Source: Clostridia bacterium
GTDB taxonomy: Bacteria > Bacillota > Clostridia > RUG12999
Direction of reading: 5' to 3'
DNA: 46,194 nucleotides
Assembly: GCA_045644605.1 (NCBI GenBank)
Contig: JAZRHB010000056.1
Coordinates: 1 to 46,194, forward strand
Positions within the stretch are counted from its first letter, which is position 1; each line of letters starts with the position of its first letter. This document shows, piece by piece, positions 33,009 to 43,497 of this stretch. The notes under the pieces are model-generated. The model was not told the origin of the DNA. It made no database searches and worked only from the letters and a program-made list of their open reading frames with translations. The position numbers were made by a program, and so were the translations under genes.

Positions 33009-33937
33009 TGGCTATGGAATTTTTACATAAATCGGTTCTGTTTGATGAATGTATGGAAATGCTTGACATTAAGCCTGACGGTGTGTACGTAGATGGTACG
33101 CTCGGCGGCGGCGGGCATTCAAGCGGCATACTTTCTCGTTTGCGGGGCGGCAGACTTATAGGAATAGACAGAGATGAGGCGGCACTTGCGGCTGCGGGAA
33201 AGAAACTTGAAGAATATAAAGACAAAACAACATTTGTACATTCGAATTATTCCGAGATAAAAAGCATACTTGAAGAGCTCGGAATAAATGGAATTGATGG
33301 TGCTCTTCTTGACCTTGGAGTTTCGTCGTATCAGCTTGATAATCCCGAAAGGGGTTTCAGCTATATGCACGATGCGCCGCTTGATATGAGAATGAACCAG
33401 GGCGATGTTAAAAGTGCGTATGATGTTGTAAATACATACAGTGAAAATGAGCTTTGCCGTATTCTTTATGATTATGGGGAAGAAAAGTGGTCAAAGAGAA
33501 TTGCAAAGTTTATTGTTGACGCTCGTCCGATAAACACAACATTTGAACTTAATGAAGTGATTAAAGCGGCGGTGCCTGCCGGAGCAAGAAAAGAAGGCGG
33601 ACATCCGAGTAAAAGAACTTTTCAGGCAATAAGAATAGAAGTGAACGAAGAAATTGAAAGACTTAAAAAAGCCGTATATGACTTTTTTGAATGTCTTAAA
33701 CCGGGCGGAATTCTGGCGATAATAACTTTTCATTCGCTTGAAGACCGCATTGTTAAAGATGTTTTTAATGATCTTAAAACCGGTTGCATATGCGATAAAA
33801 ACCTGCCGGTTTGTGTGTGCGGAGGTAAACCAAGAGGAATATTAATAAATAGGAAACCGATAATTGCTTCTGATAGGGAGCTTTCCGATAATAAAAGAAG
33901 TCACAGTGCTAAACTGAGAGGAATACAAAAGATTTAA
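33008..33937 (+). CDS. rsmH: 16S rRNA (cytosine1402-N4)-methyltransferase RsmH
   Basis: HKSVLFDECM, DGTLGGGGHS, DLGVSSYQLD, FHSLEDRIVK. Start overlaps the mraZ stop (TAATG). Confidence 0.96.
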   Translation: MAMEFLHKSVLFDECMEMLDIKPDGVYVDGTLGGGGHSSGILSRLRGGRLIGIDRDEAALAAAGKKLEEYKDKTTFVHSNYSEIKSILEELGINGIDGALLDLGVSSYQLDNPERGFSYMHDAPLDMRMNQGDVKSAYDVVNTYSENELCRILYDYGEEKWSKRIAKFIVDARPINTTFELNEVIKAAVPAGARKEGGHPSKRTFQAIRIEVNEEIERLKKAVYDFFECLKPGGILAIITFHSLEDRIVKDVFNDLKTGCICDKNLPVCVCGGKPRGILINRKPIIASDRELSDNKRSHSAKLRGIQKI

Positions 33938-33955
33938 CGAAAGGATGACCTTGCC

Positions 33956-34420
33956 GTGAGAGATAATTTAGCGAGAGTATTACCACAGGAACATTCCGTA
34001 AATATACGAAGAACTGTAAAGCCTAAGGTGAAACAAAGAGCAAAGGCTAAATCAAAATTCCGTTGGGGACTTGCTGCGTATGCAATGGTTTTTGCGGCAC
34101 TTGCAATGGTGATAGTGCTCAGATACGGTGTAATTGCTCAATACGAAAAACAAATCAACACGGTAAAGGCACAGTACGAACAGCTTGAATCAAAAAATAT
34201 TGCAAGACAGGTTGAACTTAAACAGAATGTTAACCTTGAAGAAATAGAAAAAATTGCAACCGAAAAGCTTGGAATGGTAAACCCCGGTAAAAATCAGGTA
34301 GTGAGAATAAGGGTGCCGGTTAATGATTCGGCGACAGTTCTTGCTAATGGAAATAAATCGGAAGGAGTTTTTGCAAAGGCATTCCGCTATATAGGTGATG
34401 CAATGTCATATTTAAACTAA
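33956..34420 (+). CDS. ftsL: Cell division protein FtsL-like
   Basis: 154 aa, GTG start about 10 nt after AAAGGA. Basic N-terminus, single TM helix, coiled coil (QYEQLESKNIARQVELKQ). Canonical position after rsmH. Confidence 0.75.
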   Translation: MRDNLARVLPQEHSVNIRRTVKPKVKQRAKAKSKFRWGLAAYAMVFAALAMVIVLRYGVIAQYEKQINTVKAQYEQLESKNIARQVELKQNVNLEEIEKIATEKLGMVNPGKNQVVRIRVPVNDSATVLANGNKSEGVFAKAFRYIGDAMSYLN

Positions 34421-34467
34421 AAACAGCTTATATTTAAATATAGAATTTAAAACAGGGAAGTGTGACG

Positions 34468-36705
34468 ATGGAGACCAATAGAAAGAAAAGCAAACTCACT
34501 ACAAGGATATTGGTATTTACTCTTATTGTTGCGCTTCTATTTGTCGTTTTATTGGGAAGAGTTGGGTACCTGCAATTTATAAAGGGCGGAGAGCTTCGCC
34601 AGATGGCACTTGACCAGCAGACAAAGGAAAGTGAAATAAATCCGCGAAGAGGAAGTATTCTTGACAGAAACGGCAAAGAGCTTGCGATAAGTGCAAGTGT
34701 TGATACCGTTGCGGTTGACCCGAAACGTATCAGAGAAGCGGGCAACAGAGAAGCGGTTATAAATACACTGTCAGAAGTTCTTGGGGTAGAAAAAGACAGC
34801 ATAGCAAAACAGCTTGATAAAAATTCAAGATTTGAATATATTAAAAAGCGTATTGATACATCTCAGTCAAAAATCCTGCGTTCTTATATCAGCGGCGAGG
34901 ATGAAAACGGAAACGAGCTTTCTCAGGAACTGCTTGAAAAACATGACCTTACAGGCGTAAGCCTTATTGCTGATACAAAACGATTTTATCCGTATGGCGA
35001 GCTTGCTGCACAGGTGCTTGGCGTTGTCGGCACAGACAATCAGGGACTTGAAGGTCTTGAATATGAATACGATGCTTATTTGAAAGGAACTGCGGGCAGA
35101 ATAGTGCAGTCAAACTCCACTGTAGGAAGCCCGAGTTTTGATTTTGAAGAATTCTACAATGCTCAGGCAGGAAGCAATATCAAGCTTACAATTGATGAAT
35201 CCATTCAGCGAATTGTTGAAAAAGCGCTGAATGAGGCATATATAGAAAATAAAGCGGCTAACGGCGGTTGTGCTATTGTTATGAACCCGAATACGGGCGA
35301 AATTCTTGCTATGGCAACCGTTCCTACATATAATCTTAACGAACCCATTAAAATCAAAGACCCCGATGTTCTTGCACAGCTTGAAGCATTGGAAGGGGAA
35401 GAATACAGTAAAGCATTCGTTGCGGCAACATCGGGACTTAAACGAAACAAACCCGTTGTTGATGTGTATGAACCGGGTTCAACCTTCAAACTTATAACCT
35501 GTGCTATGTCGCTTGAAGAACAGGTTGCTACACTTGAAGAAACATATACATGTAACGGTTTTATGCATATGGGCGGACATAACATCCATTGCTGGAGAAC
35601 TGCGGGTCACGGAACACAAACGTTTATGACCGGTATGGTAAACTCCTGCAACCCTGTTCTTATGCAGGTTGGAGCAAAAATCGGTACAGATAACTTTTAT
35701 AAAAACTTCAAACTGTTTGGATTCCGTGATGTTACCGGAATTGACTTTCCTGGTGAAGCGGTAGGCTCTTTCCATACGGAAGAAGCTTTCTCGGAAGTTG
35801 ACCTTGCGGTATCGTCATTCGGACAGAGCTTTGAAGTAACTCCGCTTCAGATGATAACGGCAATTTCATCGCTTGTAAATGGCGGTAACTTATACAGACC
35901 ATACCTTGTAAAAGAAATTCAGTCAGCAGATGGTCAGCCGATTGAAACAATTCTTCCGCAGAAGGTGCGTCAGACTGTTTCGGCAGAAACATCGGAAAAA
36001 ATGAAAACTGTTCTTGAAACTGTTGTACTCCAGTCGGGAAGTACGGCGTATGTAAAAGGCTATCGCATAGGCGGTAAGAGCGGTACAAGCGAAAAGCAGC
36101 CACGTGGTTCAAATAAATATATCGGTTCGTTTGTTGGCGTTGCACCGGTTGATGACCCCAAAATTGTGTGTCTTGTAATTATTGACGAACCAACCGGCGA
36201 AAACTATTACGGTGGTGTTATTACTGCACCGGTTGCAGGTAAAATCATAAGCGAAACCCTGCAGTATTACGGAATTGAACCGGTGTATACCGAAGAAGAT
36301 TTACAGGAAATGGATACCACAGTTCCTGATGTTGTAGGAAAAACTACAGAAGAAGCAAAACGTTCGCTTGACAGCTTTAATCTTAAATATTCCGTTAACG
36401 GAAACGGCGACCAGATTGTTGCGCAGATTCCGGCGGCGGGAAGCAAGGTAAGAAGCAGTTCAAGCATAACAATATATACGGGTCTTAAAGGCGACCCGAT
36501 GCTGATAAAAGTACCAAATGTTGTTGGGTCAAGTGCCGAAGCGGCAAATGAAACAATTATAAATTCGGGACTTAAAATGATAATTTCGGGCGCAGGAAGC
36601 CTGAACGGTAAAGGCGTTATTACAAGCCAGAGTCCTGCGGCAGGCGCACTTCTTGATGAGGGAGAAAGCGTTACGGTATATTTTAGCAAAGAAGAAAATC
36701 AGTAA
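34468..36705 (+). CDS. Class B penicillin-binding protein (PBP2B/SpoVD type) with two PASTA domains
   Basis: TM anchor, dimerisation domain, STFK (YEPGSTFK), SCN, KSG(T) motifs, and two C-terminal PASTA repeats (VPDVVGKT..., VPNVVGSS...). Confidence 0.92.
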   Translation: METNRKKSKLTTRILVFTLIVALLFVVLLGRVGYLQFIKGGELRQMALDQQTKESEINPRRGSILDRNGKELAISASVDTVAVDPKRIREAGNREAVINTLSEVLGVEKDSIAKQLDKNSRFEYIKKRIDTSQSKILRSYISGEDENGNELSQELLEKHDLTGVSLIADTKRFYPYGELAAQVLGVVGTDNQGLEGLEYEYDAYLKGTAGRIVQSNSTVGSPSFDFEEFYNAQAGSNIKLTIDESIQRIVEKALNEAYIENKAANGGCAIVMNPNTGEILAMATVPTYNLNEPIKIKDPDVLAQLEALEGEEYSKAFVAATSGLKRNKPVVDVYEPGSTFKLITCAMSLEEQVATLEETYTCNGFMHMGGHNIHCWRTAGHGTQTFMTGMVNSCNPVLMQVGAKIGTDNFYKNFKLFGFRDVTGIDFPGEAVGSFHTEEAFSEVDLAVSSFGQSFEVTPLQMITAISSLVNGGNLYRPYLVKEIQSADGQPIETILPQKVRQTVSAETSEKMKTVLETVVLQSGSTAYVKGYRIGGKSGTSEKQPRGSNKYIGSFVGVAPVDDPKIVCLVIIDEPTGENYYGGVITAPVAGKIISETLQYYGIEPVYTEEDLQEMDTTVPDVVGKTTEEAKRSLDSFNLKYSVNGNGDQIVAQIPAAGSKVRSSSSITIYTGLKGDPMLIKVPNVVGSSAEAANETIINSGLKMIISGAGSLNGKGVITSQSPAAGALLDEGESVTVYFSKEENQ

Positions 36706-36722
36706 ACCGGGTAGGTGAAAAA

Positions 36723-38159
36723 ATGATTCTGAAAGAGTTGTTGCAAAATTTTAATTACATATCATGCAATGAACATACGAGTGTTGAAGTTTGTCATATT
36801 ACAAATAATACAAAAGAAGTTGCAGGCGGATCTGTGTATGTTTGTATAGAAGGATTTAAAACTGATGGGCATAACTTTATAGACGAAGCAGTAAGAAACG
36901 GTGCTGTGGCGGTGCTGGTTACTAAAGACATCAGAAGAGATGATGTTGCGGTAATCCGCGTTAGCGACACAAGGACTGCTATGGCAAGCCTTGCAAGTCT
37001 TATTTACGGTGAGCCTTCAAAAAAACTTAAAATGATAGGTGTTACAGGAACAAACGGTAAAACCACCGTAACTCATATAATAAAAACCGTTCTTGAAATG
37101 AATGGGAAAAAAGCAGGTCTTATCGGCACAAACACTACCGTTATAGGCGATAAGATTATTGAAGCGGAAAGAACAACACCGGAATCGGGAACACTTCATA
37201 AATGGTTTGCCGAAATGGTTGATGCGGGAATTGAATACTGCGTTATGGAGGTTTCGTCCCATTCAATAGACTTAAAACGTGTAGAGGGAATTGAGTTTGA
37301 TGCGGCGGTATTTACAAACCTTACACACGACCATCTTGATTTTCACGGCACAATGGAAAACTATATGAATTCCAAGGCAAAGCTGTTTGACAGATGTAAG
37401 CTTGCCGTTATAAATGCGGATGATGAATACGGCCGCAAAATTGCCGCAAAATGCAAGGCAAAGGTATTTACATATTCTATAGATGAAAATTCGGATTTTA
37501 AAGCAAAGGACATTGAATATCACGATAAAGGTGTAATTTATAATGTCGCATCGGGCGGCGAAGAGCATAAGGTTAAAGCAATGCATCCGGGCAGGTTTTC
37601 GGTATACAATTCGCTTGCCACATATGCACTTTGCAGTGTGCTCGGCTTTGAAAGCGAAGAAATTGAAAAAGGAATAATCATTGCAAAAGGGGCAAAAGGC
37701 AGAGCGGAAATTGTTAATGTTCCGGCACCCTTTAAAGTAATGATTGACTATGCGCATACACCCGACGGTCTTTATAACATACTCACAACAATGCGCAGCG
37801 CGGTAGCAGGCAGAATAATTACGGTATTCGGTGCGCCGGGCGACCGTGACAAAACCAAACGTCCCGAAATGGGCGAGGTTGTGGGTCGTATTTCCGATTT
37901 TGCAATAATCACATCGGATAATCCGGCAAGCGAAAAAGCGGAGGATATTATTGTATCGGTTGAAGAGGGTATGAAAAAAACCCCTTGCAAATATGAATGT
38001 ATTACAGACAGGGCGCAAGCGATTGAAAAAGCTCTTGATATTGCAAAGCAAGGGGATTTAGTACTTCTTGCGGGAAAGGGACACGAAACATATCAGATAA
38101 TTGGTGATGAAAAGGTTCCTTTCTGTGAAGAGAAAATCGTTAAAAACTATTTTATGTAA
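36723..38159 (+). CDS. murE: UDP-MurNAc-L-Ala-D-Glu:diamino-acid ligase MurE (DNPA variant)
   Basis: GVTGTNGKTT P-loop, Mur ligase middle and C-terminal domains. The specificity motif reads TSDNPASE rather than DNPR. Confidence 0.9.
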   Translation: MILKELLQNFNYISCNEHTSVEVCHITNNTKEVAGGSVYVCIEGFKTDGHNFIDEAVRNGAVAVLVTKDIRRDDVAVIRVSDTRTAMASLASLIYGEPSKKLKMIGVTGTNGKTTVTHIIKTVLEMNGKKAGLIGTNTTVIGDKIIEAERTTPESGTLHKWFAEMVDAGIEYCVMEVSSHSIDLKRVEGIEFDAAVFTNLTHDHLDFHGTMENYMNSKAKLFDRCKLAVINADDEYGRKIAAKCKAKVFTYSIDENSDFKAKDIEYHDKGVIYNVASGGEEHKVKAMHPGRFSVYNSLATYALCSVLGFESEEIEKGIIIAKGAKGRAEIVNVPAPFKVMIDYAHTPDGLYNILTTMRSAVAGRIITVFGAPGDRDKTKRPEMGEVVGRISDFAIITSDNPASEKAEDIIVSVEEGMKKTPCKYECITDRAQAIEKALDIAKQGDLVLLAGKGHETYQIIGDEKVPFCEEKIVKNYFM

Positions 38160-38176
38160 TCGCAAAGGAGAAAAAT

Positions 38177-39118
38177 ATGAAGTTTGGTTTTGCTGCACTA
38201 ATTTCATTTGCAATAGCGGTTCTTGCGGCACCCGTTGCCATACCGGTTTTGCATAAACTTAAATTCGGTCAGGAAATAAGAGAAGAAGGCCCGAAATGGC
38301 ATAGTTCAAAATCAGGTACGCCTACTATGGGTGGGGTAATCTTTATTTTAGCAGTGCTTATTTCAGGTATTATTTTCCTTGGTAATTCCCTTGAGGGAGT
38401 TATGCTTATTTATTTAAGTGTGGCATTCGGTGTAATCGGATTTATTGATGATTATATAAAGGTTGCGATGAAAAGAAACCTTGGTCTTACCGAAATCCAG
38501 AAACTTCTTATGCAGCTTGTTGCGTCGGTTATATTTGTAGGACTTCTTTATTATAACGGACTTATGGAAACCACTATTAAAATTCCGTTCACCTCGCTTG
38601 AGTTTGATATGGGAATGTGGTATCTGCCGTTTGCAGTACTTGTGATTATCGGATGTGTAAATGCAGTTAACCTTACCGACGGGATTGACGGACTCGCCTC
38701 CTCGGTAAGCATTATTGTATTTATATTCTTTGCATTTGTGTTAAAAGATGCTCCCGAAAGCATGTTTTCGCTTATTTCGGCAGCGGCAGTTTTAGGATTT
38801 TTCCTGTTTAACAAATATCCGGCAAAAGTGTTTATGGGCGATACCGGGTCGCTGTTTCTTGGTGGTGCACTTGCCGGAATTGCTGTGTGCAGAGGATATG
38901 CGCTGTACCTTGTTATAGCAGGGGGAGTGTATGTTATTGAAACACTTTCTGTTATTTTGCAGGTTGCGTATTTTAAAGCAACGGGAAAAAGACTTTTCAA
39001 AATGAGCCCTGTGCATCATCATTTTGAAATGTGCGGCTGGAGCGAAGTGAAGATTGTTCTTGTATTCTCACTTGTAACGGTTTGTCTTTGTGCACTTGCG
39101 GGAGTGAAATTTATTTAG
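38177..39118 (+). CDS. mraY: Phospho-N-acetylmuramoyl-pentapeptide transferase
   Basis: GTPTMGG, NAVNLTDGIDGLA, MGDTGSLFLGG, HHHFE motifs. Confidence 0.96.
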   Translation: MKFGFAALISFAIAVLAAPVAIPVLHKLKFGQEIREEGPKWHSSKSGTPTMGGVIFILAVLISGIIFLGNSLEGVMLIYLSVAFGVIGFIDDYIKVAMKRNLGLTEIQKLLMQLVASVIFVGLLYYNGLMETTIKIPFTSLEFDMGMWYLPFAVLVIIGCVNAVNLTDGIDGLASSVSIIVFIFFAFVLKDAPESMFSLISAAAVLGFFLFNKYPAKVFMGDTGSLFLGGALAGIAVCRGYALYLVIAGGVYVIETLSVILQVAYFKATGKRLFKMSPVHHHFEMCGWSEVKIVLVFSLVTVCLCALAGVKFI

Positions 39119-39131
39119 GAGTTGAAAAAGG

Positions 39132-40313
39132 ATGAAATCAAATACGAGACCAAAAGAAAAAGGCCTCTTAGAACAGATTATTTCATCATTTAAAGATAAA
39201 AGTAAAATGGATGTGGAGCTTCTTATAATTATTCTGCTTATGACGCTTTTCGGATTGATTATGGTAGCGAGCGCAAGCTCTATTACGGGACTTTACAGAC
39301 ACGGCGATTCACTCCATTTTTTGAAAACACAGGCAATTGTTGCTGTGCTGGGATTTATTGCAATGCTTGTTGTGTCAAAAATTGACTATCACATTATTGC
39401 ATCACGGAAGGTGCTTAATCCGGCCATTGCCATAACCTGTGCTCTTATGCTTTTTGCGGCGTTTGCCGGACAGGAAATTAACGGTGCAAGAAGATGGATT
39501 GGCGTTGGCGGATTTACATTCCAACCCTCAGAACTTGCAAAAATTGTGTGGATTGTATGGTTCGGAAAGGTTTGTGCATCCCAGAAACCGAAAGAACTTT
39601 TGAATTTTAAAACCAGTTGGGTAAGATACGGAATTATGCTTCTTGTGGCGGTTGTGCCTCTTATAATGCAGCCGCATAAAAGTGCAATTCTTCTTATAGG
39701 AGCTGTTTGCGTAATAATTGCAATGATTGGCGGTGCAAACTTAAAACCGCTGCTTCTTCTTGTTCCGGTTGCGGCATTAGCGTTTCTGGCACTTGTTTTT
39801 ACAAGTGAATACAGTATTGCCAGACTCACTTCGTTTATGGACCCGTTTCAGGATATGGAAGGGTCGGGATGGCAGGCGGTACAGTCGCTTTATGCTATCG
39901 GGTCCGGCGGACTTTTCGGTAAGGGACTTGGAAAAAGTGTGCAAAAGGCACTTTACATTCCCGAACCTCAGAATGACTTTATCTTTTCTATTATATGTGA
40001 GGAACTTGGGTTTATCGGGGGTCTTGTTGTTCTGGCACTCTTTCTCCTTTTAATTGTCAGATGTGTAAAAATTTCTCTTGAAGCCCCCGATAAACTTGGT
40101 GCCCTCATCGGTATTGGCGTTGCGGTGCTTATAACCGTTCAGGTAATCATAAATATCGCAGTTGTTACGGCATTGATGCCCGTAACAGGTATGCCGCTTC
40201 CGTTTTTCAGCGCGGGCGGTACGTCGCTGTTGTTTACTATGGCAAGTATGGGTCTTGTGCTTAATATATCAAGAAAAGGAAAGCATAAGAAATTAACCGA
40301 AAATAAAAAGTAA
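39132..40313 (+). CDS. ftsW: SEDS family peptidoglycan polymerase FtsW/SpoVE
   Basis: 393 aa, about 10 TM segments. FQPSELAKI, PEPQNDFIFS, PLPFFSAGGTS signature blocks. Confidence 0.9.
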   Translation: MKSNTRPKEKGLLEQIISSFKDKSKMDVELLIIILLMTLFGLIMVASASSITGLYRHGDSLHFLKTQAIVAVLGFIAMLVVSKIDYHIIASRKVLNPAIAITCALMLFAAFAGQEINGARRWIGVGGFTFQPSELAKIVWIVWFGKVCASQKPKELLNFKTSWVRYGIMLLVAVVPLIMQPHKSAILLIGAVCVIIAMIGGANLKPLLLLVPVAALAFLALVFTSEYSIARLTSFMDPFQDMEGSGWQAVQSLYAIGSGGLFGKGLGKSVQKALYIPEPQNDFIFSIICEELGFIGGLVVLALFLLLIVRCVKISLEAPDKLGALIGIGVAVLITVQVIINIAVVTALMPVTGMPLPFFSAGGTSLLFTMASMGLVLNISRKGKHKKLTENKK

Positions 40314-40327
40314 AAGTGGTGTAAGAT

Positions 40328-41413
40328 ATGAAAGCAATTTTAACTGCCGGTGGTACGGCGGGACATATAAATCCTGCAATTGCAATTGCAAAAGAAATAA
40401 CTGCCGATGGCGGTCAGGTGCTTTTTATCGGTAATGAAACGGGTATGGAAACCGAGCTTGTCAAAAAAGAGGGGTTTGAAATAAAAACCATACGTGTTTC
40501 CGGATTTAGAAGAAGTCTTAGTCCTAAAAACTTCAAAACTGTATGGCAGGCGGCTAAAGGGATAAGCGATACCAAAAAAATCATTAAAGATTTTGCGCCC
40601 GATGTGGTGATAGGCTGCGGCGGATATGTAAGCGGTTCGGCGGTTTTTGCGGCGGCACAAATGAAAATCCCGACACTTATTCACGAACAGAATGCACTGC
40701 CCGGTCTTACAAATAAAATCCTTGCAAAAATGGTAAGCCGCGTTTGCATAAGCTTTGAAGAAAGCAGAAAATATTTTGGTGAATCAGAAAAGATTGTCTA
40801 TACGGGAAATCCGGTAAGACAGAATATATTAAGTCTTAAATATGAGGATGCAAGGGCGGCTATGGGAATAGATGGCACGCTTGCACTTGTGTTTGGAGGA
40901 AGCCTTGGTGCAAAGGCTATCAATGATGCCATGATAGAAGCGCTTCCGATTATAAATAAAGACATAACCGTTATATGGGGTACGGGTAAAAAAAGATATG
41001 ACGGCGTTATGGAAAAGATTTCAGAAACAGGTGTTCCTGAAAATGTAAAAATTATGCCTTATATATATAATATGGATGAATGTCTGGCTGCGGCGGATAT
41101 TGTTGTATCAAGAGCCGGTGCTATTACCATAAGTGAAATTTGTGTTAAAGGAAAAGCTTCTGTACTTATTCCGTCACCTAATGTTACGGGAAATCATCAG
41201 ATGCATAATGCGATGGCACTTAAAAAAGTCGGTGCAGCTGACATTATAGAAGAGGCAAATTTAAGTGGTGCGGTACTTGCGGGTGTGCTCAGTGAGCTTG
41301 CCAAAGACAAAAATAAAATGAAAACAATGCAGGCAAATGCCATTTCAATGGCAAAACCTATGGCAACAGCTGAAATATATAAAGAAATTAAGAAAATTAC
41401 AGGCACTCACTAA
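40328..41413 (+). CDS. murG: UDP-GlcNAc:lipid I GlcNAc transferase MurG
   Basis: GGTAGHINPAIA N-terminus, GGSLGA, SRAGAITISE blocks. Confidence 0.95.
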   Translation: MKAILTAGGTAGHINPAIAIAKEITADGGQVLFIGNETGMETELVKKEGFEIKTIRVSGFRRSLSPKNFKTVWQAAKGISDTKKIIKDFAPDVVIGCGGYVSGSAVFAAAQMKIPTLIHEQNALPGLTNKILAKMVSRVCISFEESRKYFGESEKIVYTGNPVRQNILSLKYEDARAAMGIDGTLALVFGGSLGAKAINDAMIEALPIINKDITVIWGTGKKRYDGVMEKISETGVPENVKIMPYIYNMDECLAAADIVVSRAGAITISEICVKGKASVLIPSPNVTGNHQMHNAMALKKVGAADIIEEANLSGAVLAGVLSELAKDKNKMKTMQANAISMAKPMATAEIYKEIKKITGTH

Positions 41414-41465
41414 AACCCTTTGCTGTGCATATTATGATAATATATGACACAGCGGAGGTGCTTTG

Positions 41466-42716
41466 ATGAGCAAATATATAATAGAAGGTGGAAGCAGACT
41501 TTACGGCTCGGCTTTTGTGGGCGGTGCCAAAAATTCTGTTTTGCCTATACTTGCCGGTACGGTACTTGCGGCAGGTGAAAGTGTTATACATAATTGTCCC
41601 TGCATACGGGATGTGGAGCTGACGCTCGAAATTTTAAGATGCCTTGGTTGCAGTGTGAAAATGCAGGGGAATACGGCGGTAGTTGATGCGAGAACCGTTA
41701 CAGATAATTATATTCCTATGGGACTTATGAATAAAATGCGCTCATCAGTTATTTTTATGGGCGCAATTCTTTCCCGTACAGGAGAGGCGCGGTGTAGCTA
41801 TCCCGGTGGATGCGAGCTTGGTGCACGACCTATAAATCTGCACCTGAAATCCTTTAAACAGCTTGGCGTTGATATAATTGAGCAAGCAGGATTTCTGGAA
41901 TGCAGGCTTGAAAAATATAAACCGGGAACGGTTCAGCTTGATTTTCCGTCTGTAGGTGCAACGGAAAATATAATGCTTCTTGCGTGTGCGCAGGAAGGAA
42001 CAACAACTATTGTAAATGCTGCCCGTGAACCTGAAATTGCAGATTTGCAGGACCTGCTTGTAAAAATGGGTGCAAGGGTTCGGGGGGCAGGCGAGGGAAT
42101 TATTGAAATTGAAGGGGTAAAATCCTTAAAACCTGTTGAAAAAACCGTTATTTCCGATCGGATATGCGCAGCTACCGTGATGTTTATGGTGGCGGCGGCA
42201 GGAGGATGTGTAGAACTTGAAAATGTTAACACATCGCATATTGAAAGCATTATTTCTGTTCTTCGCGGATGCGGAGCAGACGTAAGGGTTACTAATGATA
42301 AAGTCAATATTAAGGTAACAAAGCGGATAAATGCCGTTGATATAGTACAGACAATGCCGTATCCGGGATATCCCACGGATGCACAACCACAGCTTATGGC
42401 GGCACTTTGCGGTGCAAACGGTACGTCTGTTATAAAAGAAACTATTTTTGAAAACAGGTTTAAAGCTGTAGGTGAACTTAAAAAAATGGGTGCCGATATA
42501 ACGCTTGGCGGCGAAATGGCAATAATACGCGGAGTTGAAAAACTTCATGGGGCAAATCTGTCGGCGCCGGATTTAAGGGCAGGTGCCGCACTTGTTGTTG
42601 CCGCACTTGCGGCAGAAGGAAAAAGTGAAATATCGGGCGTGTGTTATATTGACAGAGGATACGAGAATCTTGATGGTATGATCAGGGATATCGGTGGAAA
42701 AATTATAAGAGTGTAA
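41466..42716 (+). CDS. murA: UDP-N-acetylglucosamine 1-carboxyvinyltransferase
   Basis: GAKNSVLPILA, catalytic Cys loop YPGGCELGARPINLH, YPGYPTDAQPQ, DLRAGAALV. ATG at 41466 follows GGAGGTG. Confidence 0.95.
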   Translation: MSKYIIEGGSRLYGSAFVGGAKNSVLPILAGTVLAAGESVIHNCPCIRDVELTLEILRCLGCSVKMQGNTAVVDARTVTDNYIPMGLMNKMRSSVIFMGAILSRTGEARCSYPGGCELGARPINLHLKSFKQLGVDIIEQAGFLECRLEKYKPGTVQLDFPSVGATENIMLLACAQEGTTTIVNAAREPEIADLQDLLVKMGARVRGAGEGIIEIEGVKSLKPVEKTVISDRICAATVMFMVAAAGGCVELENVNTSHIESIISVLRGCGADVRVTNDKVNIKVTKRINAVDIVQTMPYPGYPTDAQPQLMAALCGANGTSVIKETIFENRFKAVGELKKMGADITLGGEMAIIRGVEKLHGANLSAPDLRAGAALVVAALAAEGKSEISGVCYIDRGYENLDGMIRDIGGKIIRV

Positions 42717-42719
42717 AGG

Positions 42720-43487
42720 ATGTGTTTACGCTTGGCAAGAAAGAGAAAAAGCGGTGCAAGAAGTGCCGCTTCAAAAAAGAGAAGAAAAAAGACAAGCTTA
42801 TCTATAATAAAATTTATTCTTGTTCTTGTAGCATTGTATGGAATTCTTTTCCATACACCGCTTCTTAATATCCGTAATATATATGTTGAAGGAAATATGG
42901 CGGCAGACAGGGAAAGTATTATTGCCGCATCCGGAATAGTTACGGGACAGAATATTCTTAAAATCAATAAAAAAGCGGCAATCAACAATATGGAAAAAAT
43001 TGCATATGTTTCTTCGGCAAATGTGAAATACGCGTTTCCGACATCAATTACGCTTGTTGTAAACGAAGGAAGAATTGTTGCAAATGTTATAACACCGGAT
43101 GGTGCTTATGCGGCAATAGATGCCAACCTGAAAGTGCTTGATGTGTGTCCGGAGCCAAAGGTATTTCCGGTGGTTGAAGGGCTTAATGTGCAAAAAAGTG
43201 TAATAGGGGAAAAATTAACTATTGACGAAGAGGGTAATTTTGATATATTATTATCATATATGAATGTTCTGGACAAACACGGCATAAGTGGCGAACTTTC
43301 AAAAATAACAATCAGTGGTGGAGAAATTACTCTGCAGATGCATAATTCGGTTGTGGTAAAATGCGGAGATACTACTGATGCCGATTATAAAATTGCCGCA
43401 TATAAAGCGGCGGTTGAAAAACAGCCGGTAAGTATTGGAACATTTGATGTTACAAATCCGACAAGGATAGTTTACAGTATAGATTAG
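42720..43487 (+). CDS. ftsQ: Cell division protein FtsQ/DivIB (POTRA)
   Basis: Basic N-terminus, TM helix, POTRA (IRNIYVEGN...I..ASGI..GQNIL). The exact start is uncertain because the SD spacing at 42720 is very short; the TTG at 42732 is possible. Confidence 0.8.
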   Translation: MCLRLARKRKSGARSAASKKRRKKTSLSIIKFILVLVALYGILFHTPLLNIRNIYVEGNMAADRESIIAASGIVTGQNILKINKKAAINNMEKIAYVSSANVKYAFPTSITLVVNEGRIVANVITPDGAYAAIDANLKVLDVCPEPKVFPVVEGLNVQKSVIGEKLTIDEEGNFDILLSYMNVLDKHGISGELSKITISGGEITLQMHNSVVVKCGDTTDADYKIAAYKAAVEKQPVSIGTFDVTNPTRIVYSID

Positions 43488-43497
43488 GAGGATAAAA

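Noticed and set aside
37272-38051. 259-aa minus-strand ORF inside murE. Similar long antisense ORFs occur at 3810-4361, 4562-5185, 12758-13183, 42126-42548 and 44819-45370.
   Set aside because: All lie opposite genes with unambiguous motifs and translate to Cys/Phe/Arg/Asn-rich nonsense. None has a plausible SD or a recognisable domain.
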